Shown: positions 29,243 to 38,704 of the stretch, one piece after another | Layout of the letters: each line of letters begins with the position of its first letter | How positions within the stretch are numbered: position 1 is the first letter of the stretch | Assembly: GCA_963696385.1 (NCBI GenBank) | Contig: CAVOKF010000007.1 | Coordinates: forward strand, 32,001 to 96,000 | Source: an uncultured delta proteobacterium | Lineage (GTDB): Bacteria > Myxococcota_A > Polyangia > Polyangiales > Polyangiaceae | Reading direction: 5' to 3' | Length of the DNA stretch: 64,000 nt | The notes under the pieces: model-generated | Database searches by the model: none | What the model saw: the letters and a program-made list of their open reading frames with translations, nothing else | What the model was told of the DNA's origin: nothing | Program-made: the position numbers and the translations under genes

Positions 29243-29428
29243 ATGAAGATCAAGGGAAAACAGACGCGATCGGCGCGACCGGCAAAGGCGGAGCCGCGGG
29301 AATCGGGCGTGTTCGTCGTCCCCAGCCACGGCCGACTGGCGCGCCGAGGTTCGACTGAAATCATCGTCGAAGAGGAGGAGCAGGAGACACCGCGCGGTCT
29401 TCGCGATCTGCAGAGCCACGTCTCCTAG
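29243..29428 (+). CDS. Small hypothetical protein (61 aa)
   Basis: GGAGGA RBS before the ATG; MKIKGKQTRSARPAKAEPRESGVFVVP...EIIVEEEEQETPRG. Confidence 0.5.
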   Translation: MKIKGKQTRSARPAKAEPRESGVFVVPSHGRLARRGSTEIIVEEEEQETPRGLRDLQSHVS

Positions 29429-29544
29429 ACCTGGAGCCTCGTCTCCTAGAGCCTCGTCTCCTAGAGCCTCGTCTCCTAGAGCCTCGTCTCCTAGAGCCTC
29501 GTCTCCTAGAGCCTCGTCTCCTAGAGCCTCGTCTCGTCTCCTAG
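29413..29544. repeat. 15-bp VNTR (GAGCCTCGTCTCCTA): 6 perfect copies plus degenerate and partial flanks
   Basis: Perfect copies at 29434-29523. A near-identical copy at 29413-29427 forms the end of the upstream ORF. Confidence 0.95.
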
Positions 29545-29572
29545 TCCCGGGAGCTGCGCCACCCGTTCGAGG

Positions 29573-30661
29573 TCACCCGGTGCCTTGAGGGACCGGACTG
29601 CGAACGGCCGGCGCACTTTCGCCGCCGCCGGCGGGATCGGAAGCCGCGGATGCGGTTCGTCGGCGCCTTAGAAGGGCGAGAAGAGCGTACCCGGTCGCAA
29701 TCCAGAGGAGCTCCTTGGCGCGCTTGATGACGACGAAGGCAGCCGCACCCTCGGGGCTTAATCCCATCGCTCGAAAGACGGTGACGTAGCCCGCGTCCTG
29801 CATCCCGAGCCCGGCCGGCGCGACGTTTCCGACCGACCGGATCATCGAAATGCCCACTTCGGCAGCCACTGCGCACGACCAATCGAGCGGGCCGCCGACG
29901 AGTCGGAGCACGATGGCAGTGTCCACGGACTCCAGGATCCAACAACCGAAGAAGGCCGCCGCCGCAAGGGCGGTGGCTCGGCGCGCGGCGCCGATTCGGG
30001 CCAGTCGAGCGTCGAGGGTTGCCGCCCCGTCGCGCCAGCGGACGGCTCGATCGCGCAGCCATGCCCATCGAGTCTTCGCGACGGCGGACTGGATGCGAGC
30101 GAGCGCCGGACGATCGCGGAACCCCAAGCCCATGGCGGTCGACATCATGAGCGGAGCCAGCGCCGACACGCCGACCGCCCACGGAAGCCACGGGCCGCCG
30201 CAGTAGCGACGGGACACAGCCGCGAGCGCGGCTCCCCCCAGCGCGACGCCCATGACGATGTAAAGGAAGTGCCCTCGCATGACGAGCCACTTGCGCGCGA
30301 CGACCAGGATCAACCCCTCCGGCAGGGGTACTCCGCAACGCGTGTCGAGCAGCGACGCCGTGACCGAGTCGGCCACGAGAAACCCCGCCGGGGACGTGAC
30401 ATGGATCGCTTCGGTGCCCACTCGAATCGGCAGCAAGCGAGTCAGGGAAACGGACCGACCGAGCGCCGCGAGCAATATCTGAAGGCCCCACGCGTCGAGC
30501 ACCATCGCGCCGAGAAAGGGCACGAACGCGATGGAAACCACGGGACCGATGGCCTGAATGGCGCGCACGGTAATCCGCCAGTCGACCCCCCCGAATGTCT
30601 GCGCGAGCAGTGCTCCGGCCGCCAGGACGACGAGGGCCGCGACGGTCCACCGCAACGTCAT
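29573..30661 (-). CDS. Lysylphosphatidylglycerol synthase TM/flippase-like (UPF0104) membrane protein
   Basis: Multiple TM segments; EAIHVTSPAG, APAGLGMQDAG, FVVIKRAKELLW. Start uncertain. Confidence 0.8.
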   Translation of the reverse strand: MTLRWTVAALVVLAAGALLAQTFGGVDWRITVRAIQAIGPVVSIAFVPFLGAMVLDAWGLQILLAALGRSVSLTRLLPIRVGTEAIHVTSPAGFLVADSVTASLLDTRCGVPLPEGLILVVARKWLVMRGHFLYIVMGVALGGAALAAVSRRYCGGPWLPWAVGVSALAPLMMSTAMGLGFRDRPALARIQSAVAKTRWAWLRDRAVRWRDGAATLDARLARIGAARRATALAAAAFFGCWILESVDTAIVLRLVGGPLDWSCAVAAEVGISMIRSVGNVAPAGLGMQDAGYVTVFRAMGLSPEGAAAFVVIKRAKELLWIATGYALLALLRRRRTASAASDPAGGGESAPAVRSPVPQGTG

Positions 30662-30874
30662 CCGCCCATCGACCCCCGGGAGCGGTCGTGGGGGCGGTGC
30701 TCCGGCTCGTGGGACGACGAGGGCCTCGACGGTCCGTCGTGTCGCGCGGGAGCCCGGTTGCACAGGGGAAATGGTGGCCACACGCGAATGGCGATCCGGC
30801 AACACCTGAGCAAGTGTGCCGTGAATTGGGATCGATGGCGCGGGTCTGGGTCCGCGGATCGGCTTAGCCTTAGC

Positions 30875-31098
30875 CTTCGGATGACAGGGCCGCCGATTCC
30901 CCGCCCCTTCGGATGACAGGGCCGCCGATTCCCCGCCCCTTCCGATGATACGGCCGCCGATTCCCCGGCCCTTCCGATGATACGGCCGCCGATTCGCCCG
31001 TCATCCGATTGCAGGGCCGCCGATTCGCCTGACCTTTCGATGGCAGGACCGCGGATCGGCCTGGCCTTCGGGTGGACAGGGTCGCCGATCGGGCGCGG
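30875..31098. repeat. Intergenic tandem repeat, about 32-bp unit x7, decaying rightwards
   Basis: CTTCGGATGACAGGGCCGCCGATTCCCCGCCC x2, then CTTCCGATGATACGGCCGCCGATTC.. x2, then degenerate copies. Confidence 0.88.
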
Positions 31099-31163
31099 GC
31101 CGGCCTCGAAGAGGCAAGGGTAATCCTTTACATGGGGCATCGTCGGGCGCGAATATTCCGATC

Positions 31164-32045
31164 ATGCGAGTGCCGGGTTTCGCGGCTTGGCTGGGAGCCG
31201 CCGTCGCTCTGTCGTGGGCGCGACCTGCCGGCGCCCAGAAGGTCACCGAGGGCGGCGCGGCGGGGGGGGCCTCAACGGCCTCTGCCCCCGTGGCACAGCC
31301 GACCGACTGGTCGAGGCGTCTGGCGAGCGGCGACAACCGCCAGATCAAGACTGCGCTCGACGACCTGCGCCTGGAAGGACGCGGCGGAGCCGTCGCGATC
31401 CCCGCGATCGTCGATTTGTTGCGCCGAGGTCTGCCGCCGGCACTCACCAAAGCCGCGATCGAGACTCTCGGAGACACCGAGAGCGACACGGCGAGCGACA
31501 CGATCGCGTGGTATACGCGCCACCGCAACGCCGTCGTGCGGCGGGCCGCGGTGGAGGCACTCGCGAAAACTCGGGGCCCAGGGGCTGCGAAAACGCTCGA
31601 AGCGGCGCTTTCGGATTCGGACGAAACGGTTCGCGGGCTCGCGGCGACGGGACTCGGAACCATGAGGGTGCGCGACGCGGTCGCGCCACTGTTCACGGCG
31701 CTCGATCACAAGGTGTTCGAGGCGTCCTCGTCGATCGGCGCCGTGTGCGCCGGGGCCGACTGCGAGCGCCTCGCGGGCAAACTCGGCAGTCTGCCGTTCA
31801 ACGTCGTGACCGGCGGCCTGAACGAAGTCCTGATCCGTCCGCCCGCCGAAGTGAGCGACGACTTGAAGCTCAAGATCGTCGGACGCGTCCGCGAACTCGG
31901 CACCGGCGAAGCCAATCAATTCCTGCAGGGGATTCAAGCGGCTTGGCCGAAGGCCGGATCGCGCCGTGTCAAACGGGCGATCGATCAGGCCGTCCTCGCC
32001 ACGACGGGCTCCCCGGGAGCCGGCGGCCCGGGGACCGCGCCTTGA
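31164..32045 (+). CDS. Secreted HEAT-repeat protein
   Basis: Signal peptide (..PAGA-Q); VRRAAVEALAK and LSDSDETVRGLAATGLG HEAT-like repeats. Confidence 0.75.
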   Translation: MRVPGFAAWLGAAVALSWARPAGAQKVTEGGAAGGASTASAPVAQPTDWSRRLASGDNRQIKTALDDLRLEGRGGAVAIPAIVDLLRRGLPPALTKAAIETLGDTESDTASDTIAWYTRHRNAVVRRAAVEALAKTRGPGAAKTLEAALSDSDETVRGLAATGLGTMRVRDAVAPLFTALDHKVFEASSSIGAVCAGADCERLAGKLGSLPFNVVTGGLNEVLIRPPAEVSDDLKLKIVGRVRELGTGEANQFLQGIQAAWPKAGSRRVKRAIDQAVLATTGSPGAGGPGTAP

Positions 32046-33841
32046 GGCCCGCGACGTTCGCATGGGCGCTGCTCGCTCTCGGAGCGTGCGGCGGCGCGCA
32101 AGGGCGACTGCACCTGTTTTCGACACAATGGGAAGACGACCACGGCGTATCGATCGACCGGGTCTTTCGGCAAATTGGCGGCTCGCCCATCCCCGCGGCG
32201 GCGGACGTCGTCGTCGGCGTCAGCGCGCAAGGCGACACGCTCATCGGCGTTCCCCTGTCCGGCGACCGGAGCGGGGTCCGGTGGACGTTTGCGCATCCGC
32301 TCGACGCGCGGCCGGTGGCCACGGGCAACGTCGTGGTGGGGTCCGGGGGCGGGGAAGCGTTCGCGCTCGTCGCGTCGAGCGGAGAGGTCATCTGGCGTCG
32401 AAAGACGACCGGTCTCGCGCTCGTCGGTGCCGGGGACGATGGCGAGGTCACGGTCGTCACCTTCCAGAAGTTCGGCGGCCTCGGAAGCGTCCTTCTCGGA
32501 GTCAAACGCGACGGAGAGCTCCTTCGCGAGATCGATACGGAAAAAGCCCTCGGCGGCCCTGCGTTGGTTCATCGCGTCGCGTTCGTTCCGTGGGCGGGCG
32601 AATACGTCTCGGCCATCGATCTGTGGAGCGGCGACGAGACCGCCCGCGTGACCGTCCGCGAGGAGACCAGCCGCGCCTGGACCGCCGCGGGCTCACTCTG
32701 GTTCGGCGAGCTCGCATTCACGCGCTTCGACGAACGCATCGCCCACGCGTCGGAGGACAAGGCATCGACCGTCACCGTGCCGTATCGTGACCTGCCGGGC
32801 GCGCCGAAACTGATGCCGCCTGGCGCGACTCCCTTACCCGCAGCGGCAAACGCCACCGACAAGGTCCGTCTGTATGCGCGGCCGAGCCCTACCGACGGCG
32901 GCGCCGCGATCGAGGACGGCCGCTACTACGCGACGTACTTCCGCGTCGCGATGGGGTTCGACGCGAGAGGCGCGAAGCTCGCATGGGTCCACGTTCACAG
33001 CGCCGATTTTCTGGGGGGCGCGGCCGCGTCGGGCGGCATCGTCCTGTGCGACGAAGTCGGAAACGTCGTCGCGTTGGACACGACGGCAGGCACCCTCGAG
33101 ACGGAAGCGACGTTGGGACAGCCGATCCGCGCGTGCGTGGTGAACATCGACGCACTCCACGTCCGGGGAGCGCCCGGCGGGCAGTCGCTCATCGCGCAGA
33201 TCGAGGCCGCCGTGCGGCTCGATGATCCGATGATCGCCAGCGCGCAACGCTTCTTGCTCCGCGAACTCGTGAAATCCAGCGACCCATCGGTGACCCAGAC
33301 GCTCGTCGACCTCGCGAGCAGCCCGCGCACGGGCCCCGACCTGCTCGCAGACGGACGGGCCAATCTCGCCAAGCGCCGCAACGGGGCCAGCTTCATGGAA
33401 GCTGCGCTCGAACGTCACTACGACTTCTTGAAGGACGTCCTGCGAGCACCCCCGGTGGGACCCATCGCCGATGCCCTGGCCGCGATGCACGAGACGCCCG
33501 CGGCCTCGCTCCTCGCATCGCACTTGCTCGATCCGGCCGATTCGGAGGACGACGTCCGAAGAGCGGCTGCCGCACTTGCCGTCATCGGCGGGACCAAGGA
33601 ACTGCCGGCGATGAGGCAATTTTTCGCGATGTACCGCGCCAGTGCGGAAGACGACGACGTATCCGCCGCCGTCGTGAGCATCGGAAAAGCACTGCTCGGG
33701 CTCGCGGACCCGGCCGCGCGCGCCGCTGTAGCAGCCGCCGTCGAAGATCCGATGACCGTGCCCTACGCGAAGGAGGGTCTGGAGGCTTTGCTCTCACCCG
33801 AGCCGTCGGCGCCTGGCGCGAGTCGAAAGCCGAATCCCTAG
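32042..33841 (+). CDS. PQQ-like beta-propeller lipoprotein with a C-terminal HEAT-like region
   Basis: TTG start overlaps the upstream TGA. Lipobox LGAC; AL.ASSGEVIW and AIDLWSG propeller motifs; DVRRAAAALA. Confidence 0.7.
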   Translation: MRPATFAWALLALGACGGAQGRLHLFSTQWEDDHGVSIDRVFRQIGGSPIPAAADVVVGVSAQGDTLIGVPLSGDRSGVRWTFAHPLDARPVATGNVVVGSGGGEAFALVASSGEVIWRRKTTGLALVGAGDDGEVTVVTFQKFGGLGSVLLGVKRDGELLREIDTEKALGGPALVHRVAFVPWAGEYVSAIDLWSGDETARVTVREETSRAWTAAGSLWFGELAFTRFDERIAHASEDKASTVTVPYRDLPGAPKLMPPGATPLPAAANATDKVRLYARPSPTDGGAAIEDGRYYATYFRVAMGFDARGAKLAWVHVHSADFLGGAAASGGIVLCDEVGNVVALDTTAGTLETEATLGQPIRACVVNIDALHVRGAPGGQSLIAQIEAAVRLDDPMIASAQRFLLRELVKSSDPSVTQTLVDLASSPRTGPDLLADGRANLAKRRNGASFMEAALERHYDFLKDVLRAPPVGPIADALAAMHETPAASLLASHLLDPADSEDDVRRAAAALAVIGGTKELPAMRQFFAMYRASAEDDDVSAAVVSIGKALLGLADPAARAAVAAAVEDPMTVPYAKEGLEALLSPEPSAPGASRKPNP

Positions 33842-33911
33842 CCAGCGAACACGGCCGGATCGCCCGGCGGGCGCGTTCGGCCCATGCTGATTGAAAGCGC
33901 CCGCGCAATCG

Positions 33912-34084
33912 CGACCCCGACCCCGACCCGGACTACCTCGACCTCGACCCCGACCTAACCCCGACCTCGACTACCTCGACCTCGACCTCGACCTTCAGCC
34001 TAACCTCGACCTCGACCCCGACCTAACCCCGACGTCGACTACCTCGACCTCGACCTCGACTACCTCGACCTCGACCTCGACCCC
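33912..34084. repeat. Intergenic low-complexity hexamer tract (CGACCY)n with CTA interruptions
   Basis: CGACCC, CGACCT and CGACTACCT repeats between convergent genes. Confidence 0.9.
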
Positions 34085-34155
34085 GGATCGTGTGGCGTCC
34101 GCGGGCGGATGGCGCGTTCGGCACCGATCGAAATGGTCGTTACGAGGGGCACGGG

Positions 34156-34785
34156 TCACGATCGGACGCCGTCGACCAGGCCCATCTCTTCCTCGCGTGA
34201 TGAGAGACAACACTCGCTGCCCGGTGGGAACGTGCGGCAGGCGTCCGGACGAATCGCATACACCCCGCACCGGTTGTCGCTTCCGAGGTGTGAGCAGTCC
34301 TTGTTTTTTCGGAGAACGAGGACCATCCGACCGTCGTCCCGACGCGCGTACGGAGGCCTCGCGAGTTCGCCTCGTCCCGCATCCTCGAACCGCGCGATGT
34401 CCTCGTCGGCCAGCTCGACTCGGTTGTCCCTGCAGCAAGCGCCACAGGCCAGGCAGTCGAGATCGATCTCGCGCGTCGGCCCTTCGTGGACGGAGTCCCG
34501 GACGACCCGGTCGCGAACGATCGAATAACAGTCGTGAGGAACGCGCACGTATCCCATGCCCGCGAAAGCTCCGCTGCGCGCGACGCGGTAGTCGGATCGT
34601 CCCAAATCCAACACCGACCACCAGCCCAGGTCGAACTCATCGCGATCGTTCGGTCTCCGAAAGACGAGCCGTGCCCGCCGGGGTTCTCTCCAGACGAGCG
34701 CGTGGCCCCCCGCATGCACCCACGCGGCCGCTTGCCGACGGTGAGGCCACGTGTAGTTTCGGACGATCGGACGAGTCACGCGCAT
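34156..34785 (-). CDS. YkgJ-family CxxCxxCC cysteine-cluster protein
   Basis: CLACGACC...CSHL...CGVYAIRPDACRTFP...CC. Confidence 0.85.
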   Translation of the reverse strand: MRVTRPIVRNYTWPHRRQAAAWVHAGGHALVWREPRRARLVFRRPNDRDEFDLGWWSVLDLGRSDYRVARSGAFAGMGYVRVPHDCYSIVRDRVVRDSVHEGPTREIDLDCLACGACCRDNRVELADEDIARFEDAGRGELARPPYARRDDGRMVLVLRKNKDCSHLGSDNRCGVYAIRPDACRTFPPGSECCLSSREEEMGLVDGVRS

Positions 34786-34827
34786 CGGGCGGCGTCCGAA
34801 TCATACCCCCTCGGAGTGCCCAGACCC

Positions 34828-35808
34828 ATGCACGCTATCGTCATTCGCGAGTTCGGCGGACCGGAGGTCTTGGAGATCCGTGAAGTGCCGACGCCCTCGC
34901 CCTCTCGCGGCGAGGTTCGCGTCCGAGTGCGGGCGACGGCGATCAACCGCGCCGACGTGCTGCAAAGGCTCGGGCGCTACCCGGCGCCCGCGGGCGCCCC
35001 GGCGGATATTCCGGGCCTCGAGATCGCCGGCGAAGTCGACGCGGTCGGCGAGGGCGTCACCGAGCTGTCCGTGGGCAACCGAGTGTTCGGAATCGTCGGC
35101 GGCGGCGGCTACGCCGAGTACGTCGTCGTGCATGCCCGAGCGGTGGCGACGATGCCGGCAGGAGTTTCGTTCACCGACGCCGCGGCCGTGCCCGAAGCCT
35201 TCATCACGGCGTGGGACGCCTTGGTCGATCAGGCCCACCTGACGGCGGGCGAAACGGCGCTGGTGCACGCGGCGGCCAGCGGTGTCGGGACGGCCGCGGT
35301 CCAGATTGCCCAAGCTCTGCGCGCCCGCCCTATCGGCACGCTGCGCACGCCGAAAAAGCTCGGCCGGACTCTGGAGATCGGCCTCCCGCAAGCCCTCGTC
35401 GTCGATCGCGGGAATTTCGCCGCCGAGGTGCTCGAACGCACTGCGGGAAAGGGAGCCGACGTGGTGCTGGACCTCGTGGGCGGCGACTACATTGCAGAAG
35501 ATCTGGCATGCCTCGCGCCGCAGGGTCGGATCATCGTGGTCGGCACGCTGGCGGGGACTCACGCCGACATGGACCTCGGCCTGCTGCTCCGCAAGCGGGC
35601 CACTCTGCGAGGAACGACGTTGCGAGCCCGCCCCATCGAGGAAAAAATATTGGCCGCGAGAGCGCTCGAACGCCACATCGTGCCTCTCATCGCAATGGGC
35701 GCGGTGCGGCCGGTCGTCGATCGCGTACTCGCGCTGGCCGACGCCGCCGAAGGCCATCGCTTGATGCAATCGAACGAGACCGTCGGCAAGATCGTCCTGC
35801 GGGTGTAG
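34828..35808 (+). CDS. NAD(P)H:quinone oxidoreductase (zeta-crystallin/PIG3 family)
   Basis: GGPEVL, INRAD..QR.G.YP, PGLEIAG, GGGYAEY, PEAFITAW, HAAASGVGTAA, GKIVL. Confidence 0.93.
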   Translation: MHAIVIREFGGPEVLEIREVPTPSPSRGEVRVRVRATAINRADVLQRLGRYPAPAGAPADIPGLEIAGEVDAVGEGVTELSVGNRVFGIVGGGGYAEYVVVHARAVATMPAGVSFTDAAAVPEAFITAWDALVDQAHLTAGETALVHAAASGVGTAAVQIAQALRARPIGTLRTPKKLGRTLEIGLPQALVVDRGNFAAEVLERTAGKGADVVLDLVGGDYIAEDLACLAPQGRIIVVGTLAGTHADMDLGLLLRKRATLRGTTLRARPIEEKILAARALERHIVPLIAMGAVRPVVDRVLALADAAEGHRLMQSNETVGKIVLRV

Positions 35809-35825
35809 CGCCCGGAGACCGCGGA

Positions 35826-36092
35826 AAGGAGGCAGGGGCCAGCGCGTTCACCCGATGCGCGGGTGGTGCGCGAACGAGGCGGCCAGGGCGTGACGGGCGA
35901 CGCTCACCGAAGAAGGAGGCAGGGGCCAGCGCGTTCACCCGACGGGCGGGTGGTTTGCGCGAACGAGGCGGCCAGGTCGTGACGGGCGACGCTCACCGAA
36001 GAAGGAGGCAGGGGCCAGCGCGTTCACCCGATGCGCGGGTGGTTTGCGCGAACGAGGCGGCCAAGGTCGTGACGGGCGACGCTCACCGGAAG
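35826..36092. repeat. Intergenic tandem repeat, 87-89-bp unit x3
   Basis: AAGGAGGCAGGGGCCAGCGCGTTCACCCGA...GACGGGCGACGCTCACCG at 35826, 35913 and 36002, between convergent genes. Confidence 0.93.
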
Positions 36093-36103
36093 CGGCGGCC
36101 CGA

Positions 36104-36886
36104 TCAGTGGCTTCGTGCGTGCGTCAAGCACAGCGAGCGCGGCTTGCCTCCGCACTTCTCGCACGAGCACACGCGAACATCGACCCCGTCCGCCTCGCGC
36201 GCACCGCAAATCGCGCACGTCCGCTGGCCGAATACCGGCGTGCTCGATTCGACTTGGGCGCGTCGGACCTGCTGCCGGGCCACGACCCGTCGCTGCCGGG
36301 CCAAGTGCGACCAGTGATCGCTGAAGAAAACGGCATACGCCGCCAGCGATGCGACGATCGCAGCGCGCGTGTTCCAGTCGCCAACGGCAAAGAAATAGGC
36401 AAACGCCGCAGCGGCCGCGATGCCCAGCCACTTCACCCGAACGGGAATGATGAAAAGCAGAAGAATTTGGACGTCCGGGAATACGGTGGCGAAGGCGAGA
36501 AAGAGGGAGCCATCGAGCCAGACATTGGTCATCGGCCCGGCAAGAGCCGCGGCGACGATCGTCGCGACCACCCCGAGCGCGTAATACACGTTGAACTTGA
36601 ATGCGCCCCAGTTCTGCTCGAGGCTCGAGCCGACCCACCAGGTAAAGTAAAGGTTGACGAGTATCCAGAGGGAAGAAGACGGCGGCGGCAGAAATACGAA
36701 CGTGACCAGCCGCCACACCTCGCCGTGCCGAACCGCGTCGAGGTCGAGCGTCAGGTGAGACTGAAAATCAGCGCGCAGCTGGGACAACACCCAGACCATC
36801 GCCATCCCGCCCACAACGAACCGGATGAGGTGGGGAACGGCAAAACGGCCGAAGCGCCGCTCGAGTCGCGCGAGGAGGCCTTCCAT
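36104..36886 (-). CDS. Rhomboid/Derlin-like membrane protein with a C-terminal Cys/His Zn-finger-like domain
   Basis: LERRFGRFAVPHL, GEVWRLVTFVFLPP, GSSLEQNWG.FKFN.Y, IIPVRVKWL, CAICG...CSCEKC...CLTH. Confidence 0.7.
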   Translation of the reverse strand: MEGLLARLERRFGRFAVPHLIRFVVGGMAMVWVLSQLRADFQSHLTLDLDAVRHGEVWRLVTFVFLPPPSSSLWILVNLYFTWWVGSSLEQNWGAFKFNVYYALGVVATIVAAALAGPMTNVWLDGSLFLAFATVFPDVQILLLFIIPVRVKWLGIAAAAAFAYFFAVGDWNTRAAIVASLAAYAVFFSDHWSHLARQRRVVARQQVRRAQVESSTPVFGQRTCAICGAREADGVDVRVCSCEKCGGKPRSLCLTHARSH

Positions 36887-37215
36887 TGAATCGGAGGCGC
36901 GTAGCATATGCGCCGAGACGGAGCCAAGCTGTGGGGGTCGACGACCGCACGAACCGATCGGGGCTGAAACCGCCGTAAGGCTGGCTGGCGCGGAAGGCGA
37001 CTGCGACAGCCTCGTCCGAGCGATGGGCGTGTGGGATGGCTCGGCCGAACGAGGGAAGCCGACCGTCTCGACTCCGAGCTCCGATCGGGGTTTGCCGAAT
37101 CGGCGCTCGAACGCTGACGACCCGAGGCCAACGGACGCCCGTCGGGGGGCTTCGGGATCTGTTCGGACCGCTACCCACGCGCCGCCTCGATGCCGTCGAT
37201 GGACCGGATCTGTCG

Positions 37216-38607
37216 TCAGCGCAAACGGCCTCGGGCTTTGTTGAGCGCGTCGTCGATCATCGCCCGCCGTTCGCCGGCATCGCTCCAGCGCCGTTGCTGG
37301 TGCGTCGCCAGCTGATGGAGCGGGTCGAAGTACGTGAAGCTCTGGCCGGGTTTGACGCTCGGCGCGCTGTAGACGCTGATCCCCGTGTCGCGATCGTAAT
37401 AGTCGTAGGAATGCGCGTCGCGCTTGCCGCCGCCGCCGGGAGCGTCGACGACGAACGTCGGCGTATTGAAGCCCGCCGTCACTCCGCGAACGTGCTTCTC
37501 GATGTGGATCGCCGTATCGACGCTCGTCCTCAGGTCCTCGACACCTTGGACCATGTCGTGCAGATAGACGTAGTAGGCGTGTACGTTCAAATGACCCAAG
37601 CGCTTCACGAGCAGCGTCATCGTCTGGACGCTGTCGTTGACGCCTCGAATGAGAACGCTCTGGTTGCGCACGACGATGCCGCGCTCGAAGAGGCGACCCA
37701 TCGCCTGCTGGGTGATGCCGGTTATTTCGTTCGGACTGTTGAAGTGCGTGTGCAGTGCGACGTCCTTGTGGAGCCGTCGACCCTTTTCGACGACGTGCGT
37801 GAGGGCGTCGACCCACGCGTCGTCGTTCAAGATCTTCATCGGCATCACGGCGGGCCCCTTCGTCGCGAAACGCATCCGGCGAACGTGCGGGATGGCGAGA
37901 AGCGCGTCGCCAATCTCGACGAGATGCTGCGCTCGAAGCTGATAGGCGTCGCCGCCGCTGATGACGACGTCCTCGAGCTCCGGACGCGACGCAATGTACT
38001 GGTACGCGAGCAGCCAGCGCTCTTCGTTCGGGCGCAGGCGAACTTTCTCGACCTCATCGGTGTCGAGCCCGATGGCGTACGATCGCGTGCAAAAGCGGCA
38101 ATAGACCGGGCACGTGTCGAGCGGCAAGAAGAGAGCCTTGTCGGCGTACCGATGCGTCAGCCCAGCGACCGGCGCGTCCGCCTGCTCGGCAAGGGAATCG
38201 AGCCCGAGCTTAGGGTGATCGGGCAGAAGCCGCGACGCGAGCGGGAAGAATTGGATCCGGAGCGGATCCTCGTAGGGATGTTCCCAATCGATGAGAGAGA
38301 CGATGTACGGGCTCACGCGAACGCTCATCGGCGCTCGCTTCATTCCGTCCTCGAGGTCGGAGACAAAGCCTGAAGGAACGAGCTCCTGGATCGTTTCGAC
38401 GAGCTTGGAGACTTTGGTGATCGAGTTTTTCGCTTGCCAGCCGTGATCGAGAAAACTCATTTCGTCGACGCGACGGTACGCGGGGATCGCGTGCCACCAG
38501 GTCCCCTGCCGAAGATCTCGATGCACGAGCGTCGAGGGATCGACCGGAGGCTTCTTCGCCGACCACGACGGCAGATTGCGCACGATCGGGAGCGGCGGCG
38601 TCGACAT
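37216..38607 (-). CDS. kamA: KamA-family radical SAM enzyme (lysine 2,3-aminomutase-like)
   Basis: HRYADK, CPVYCRFC, ISGGD, HFNSPNE, NQSVLIRGVND, and DAPGGGGK (PLP lysine). AAAGGAGA RBS. Confidence 0.9.
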   Translation of the reverse strand: MSTPPLPIVRNLPSWSAKKPPVDPSTLVHRDLRQGTWWHAIPAYRRVDEMSFLDHGWQAKNSITKVSKLVETIQELVPSGFVSDLEDGMKRAPMSVRVSPYIVSLIDWEHPYEDPLRIQFFPLASRLLPDHPKLGLDSLAEQADAPVAGLTHRYADKALFLPLDTCPVYCRFCTRSYAIGLDTDEVEKVRLRPNEERWLLAYQYIASRPELEDVVISGGDAYQLRAQHLVEIGDALLAIPHVRRMRFATKGPAVMPMKILNDDAWVDALTHVVEKGRRLHKDVALHTHFNSPNEITGITQQAMGRLFERGIVVRNQSVLIRGVNDSVQTMTLLVKRLGHLNVHAYYVYLHDMVQGVEDLRTSVDTAIHIEKHVRGVTAGFNTPTFVVDAPGGGGKRDAHSYDYYDRDTGISVYSAPSVKPGQSFTYFDPLHQLATHQQRRWSDAGERRAMIDDALNKARGRLR

Positions 38608-38704
38608 GTCTCCTTTCTGTACCGCGTTTCTCGGCGCCTTGCGCTCCGGGCGACCGCCGGACTTGCAGAGCTCTCTGCCGGGCGGCGGCCGCTCGGGTCG
38701 AGCC

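Noticed and set aside
37216..38607. EF-P beta-lysylation enzyme EpmB
   Set aside because: At 463 aa and with the DAPGGGGK motif it fits LAM/KamA better, and efp and epmA are not adjacent.
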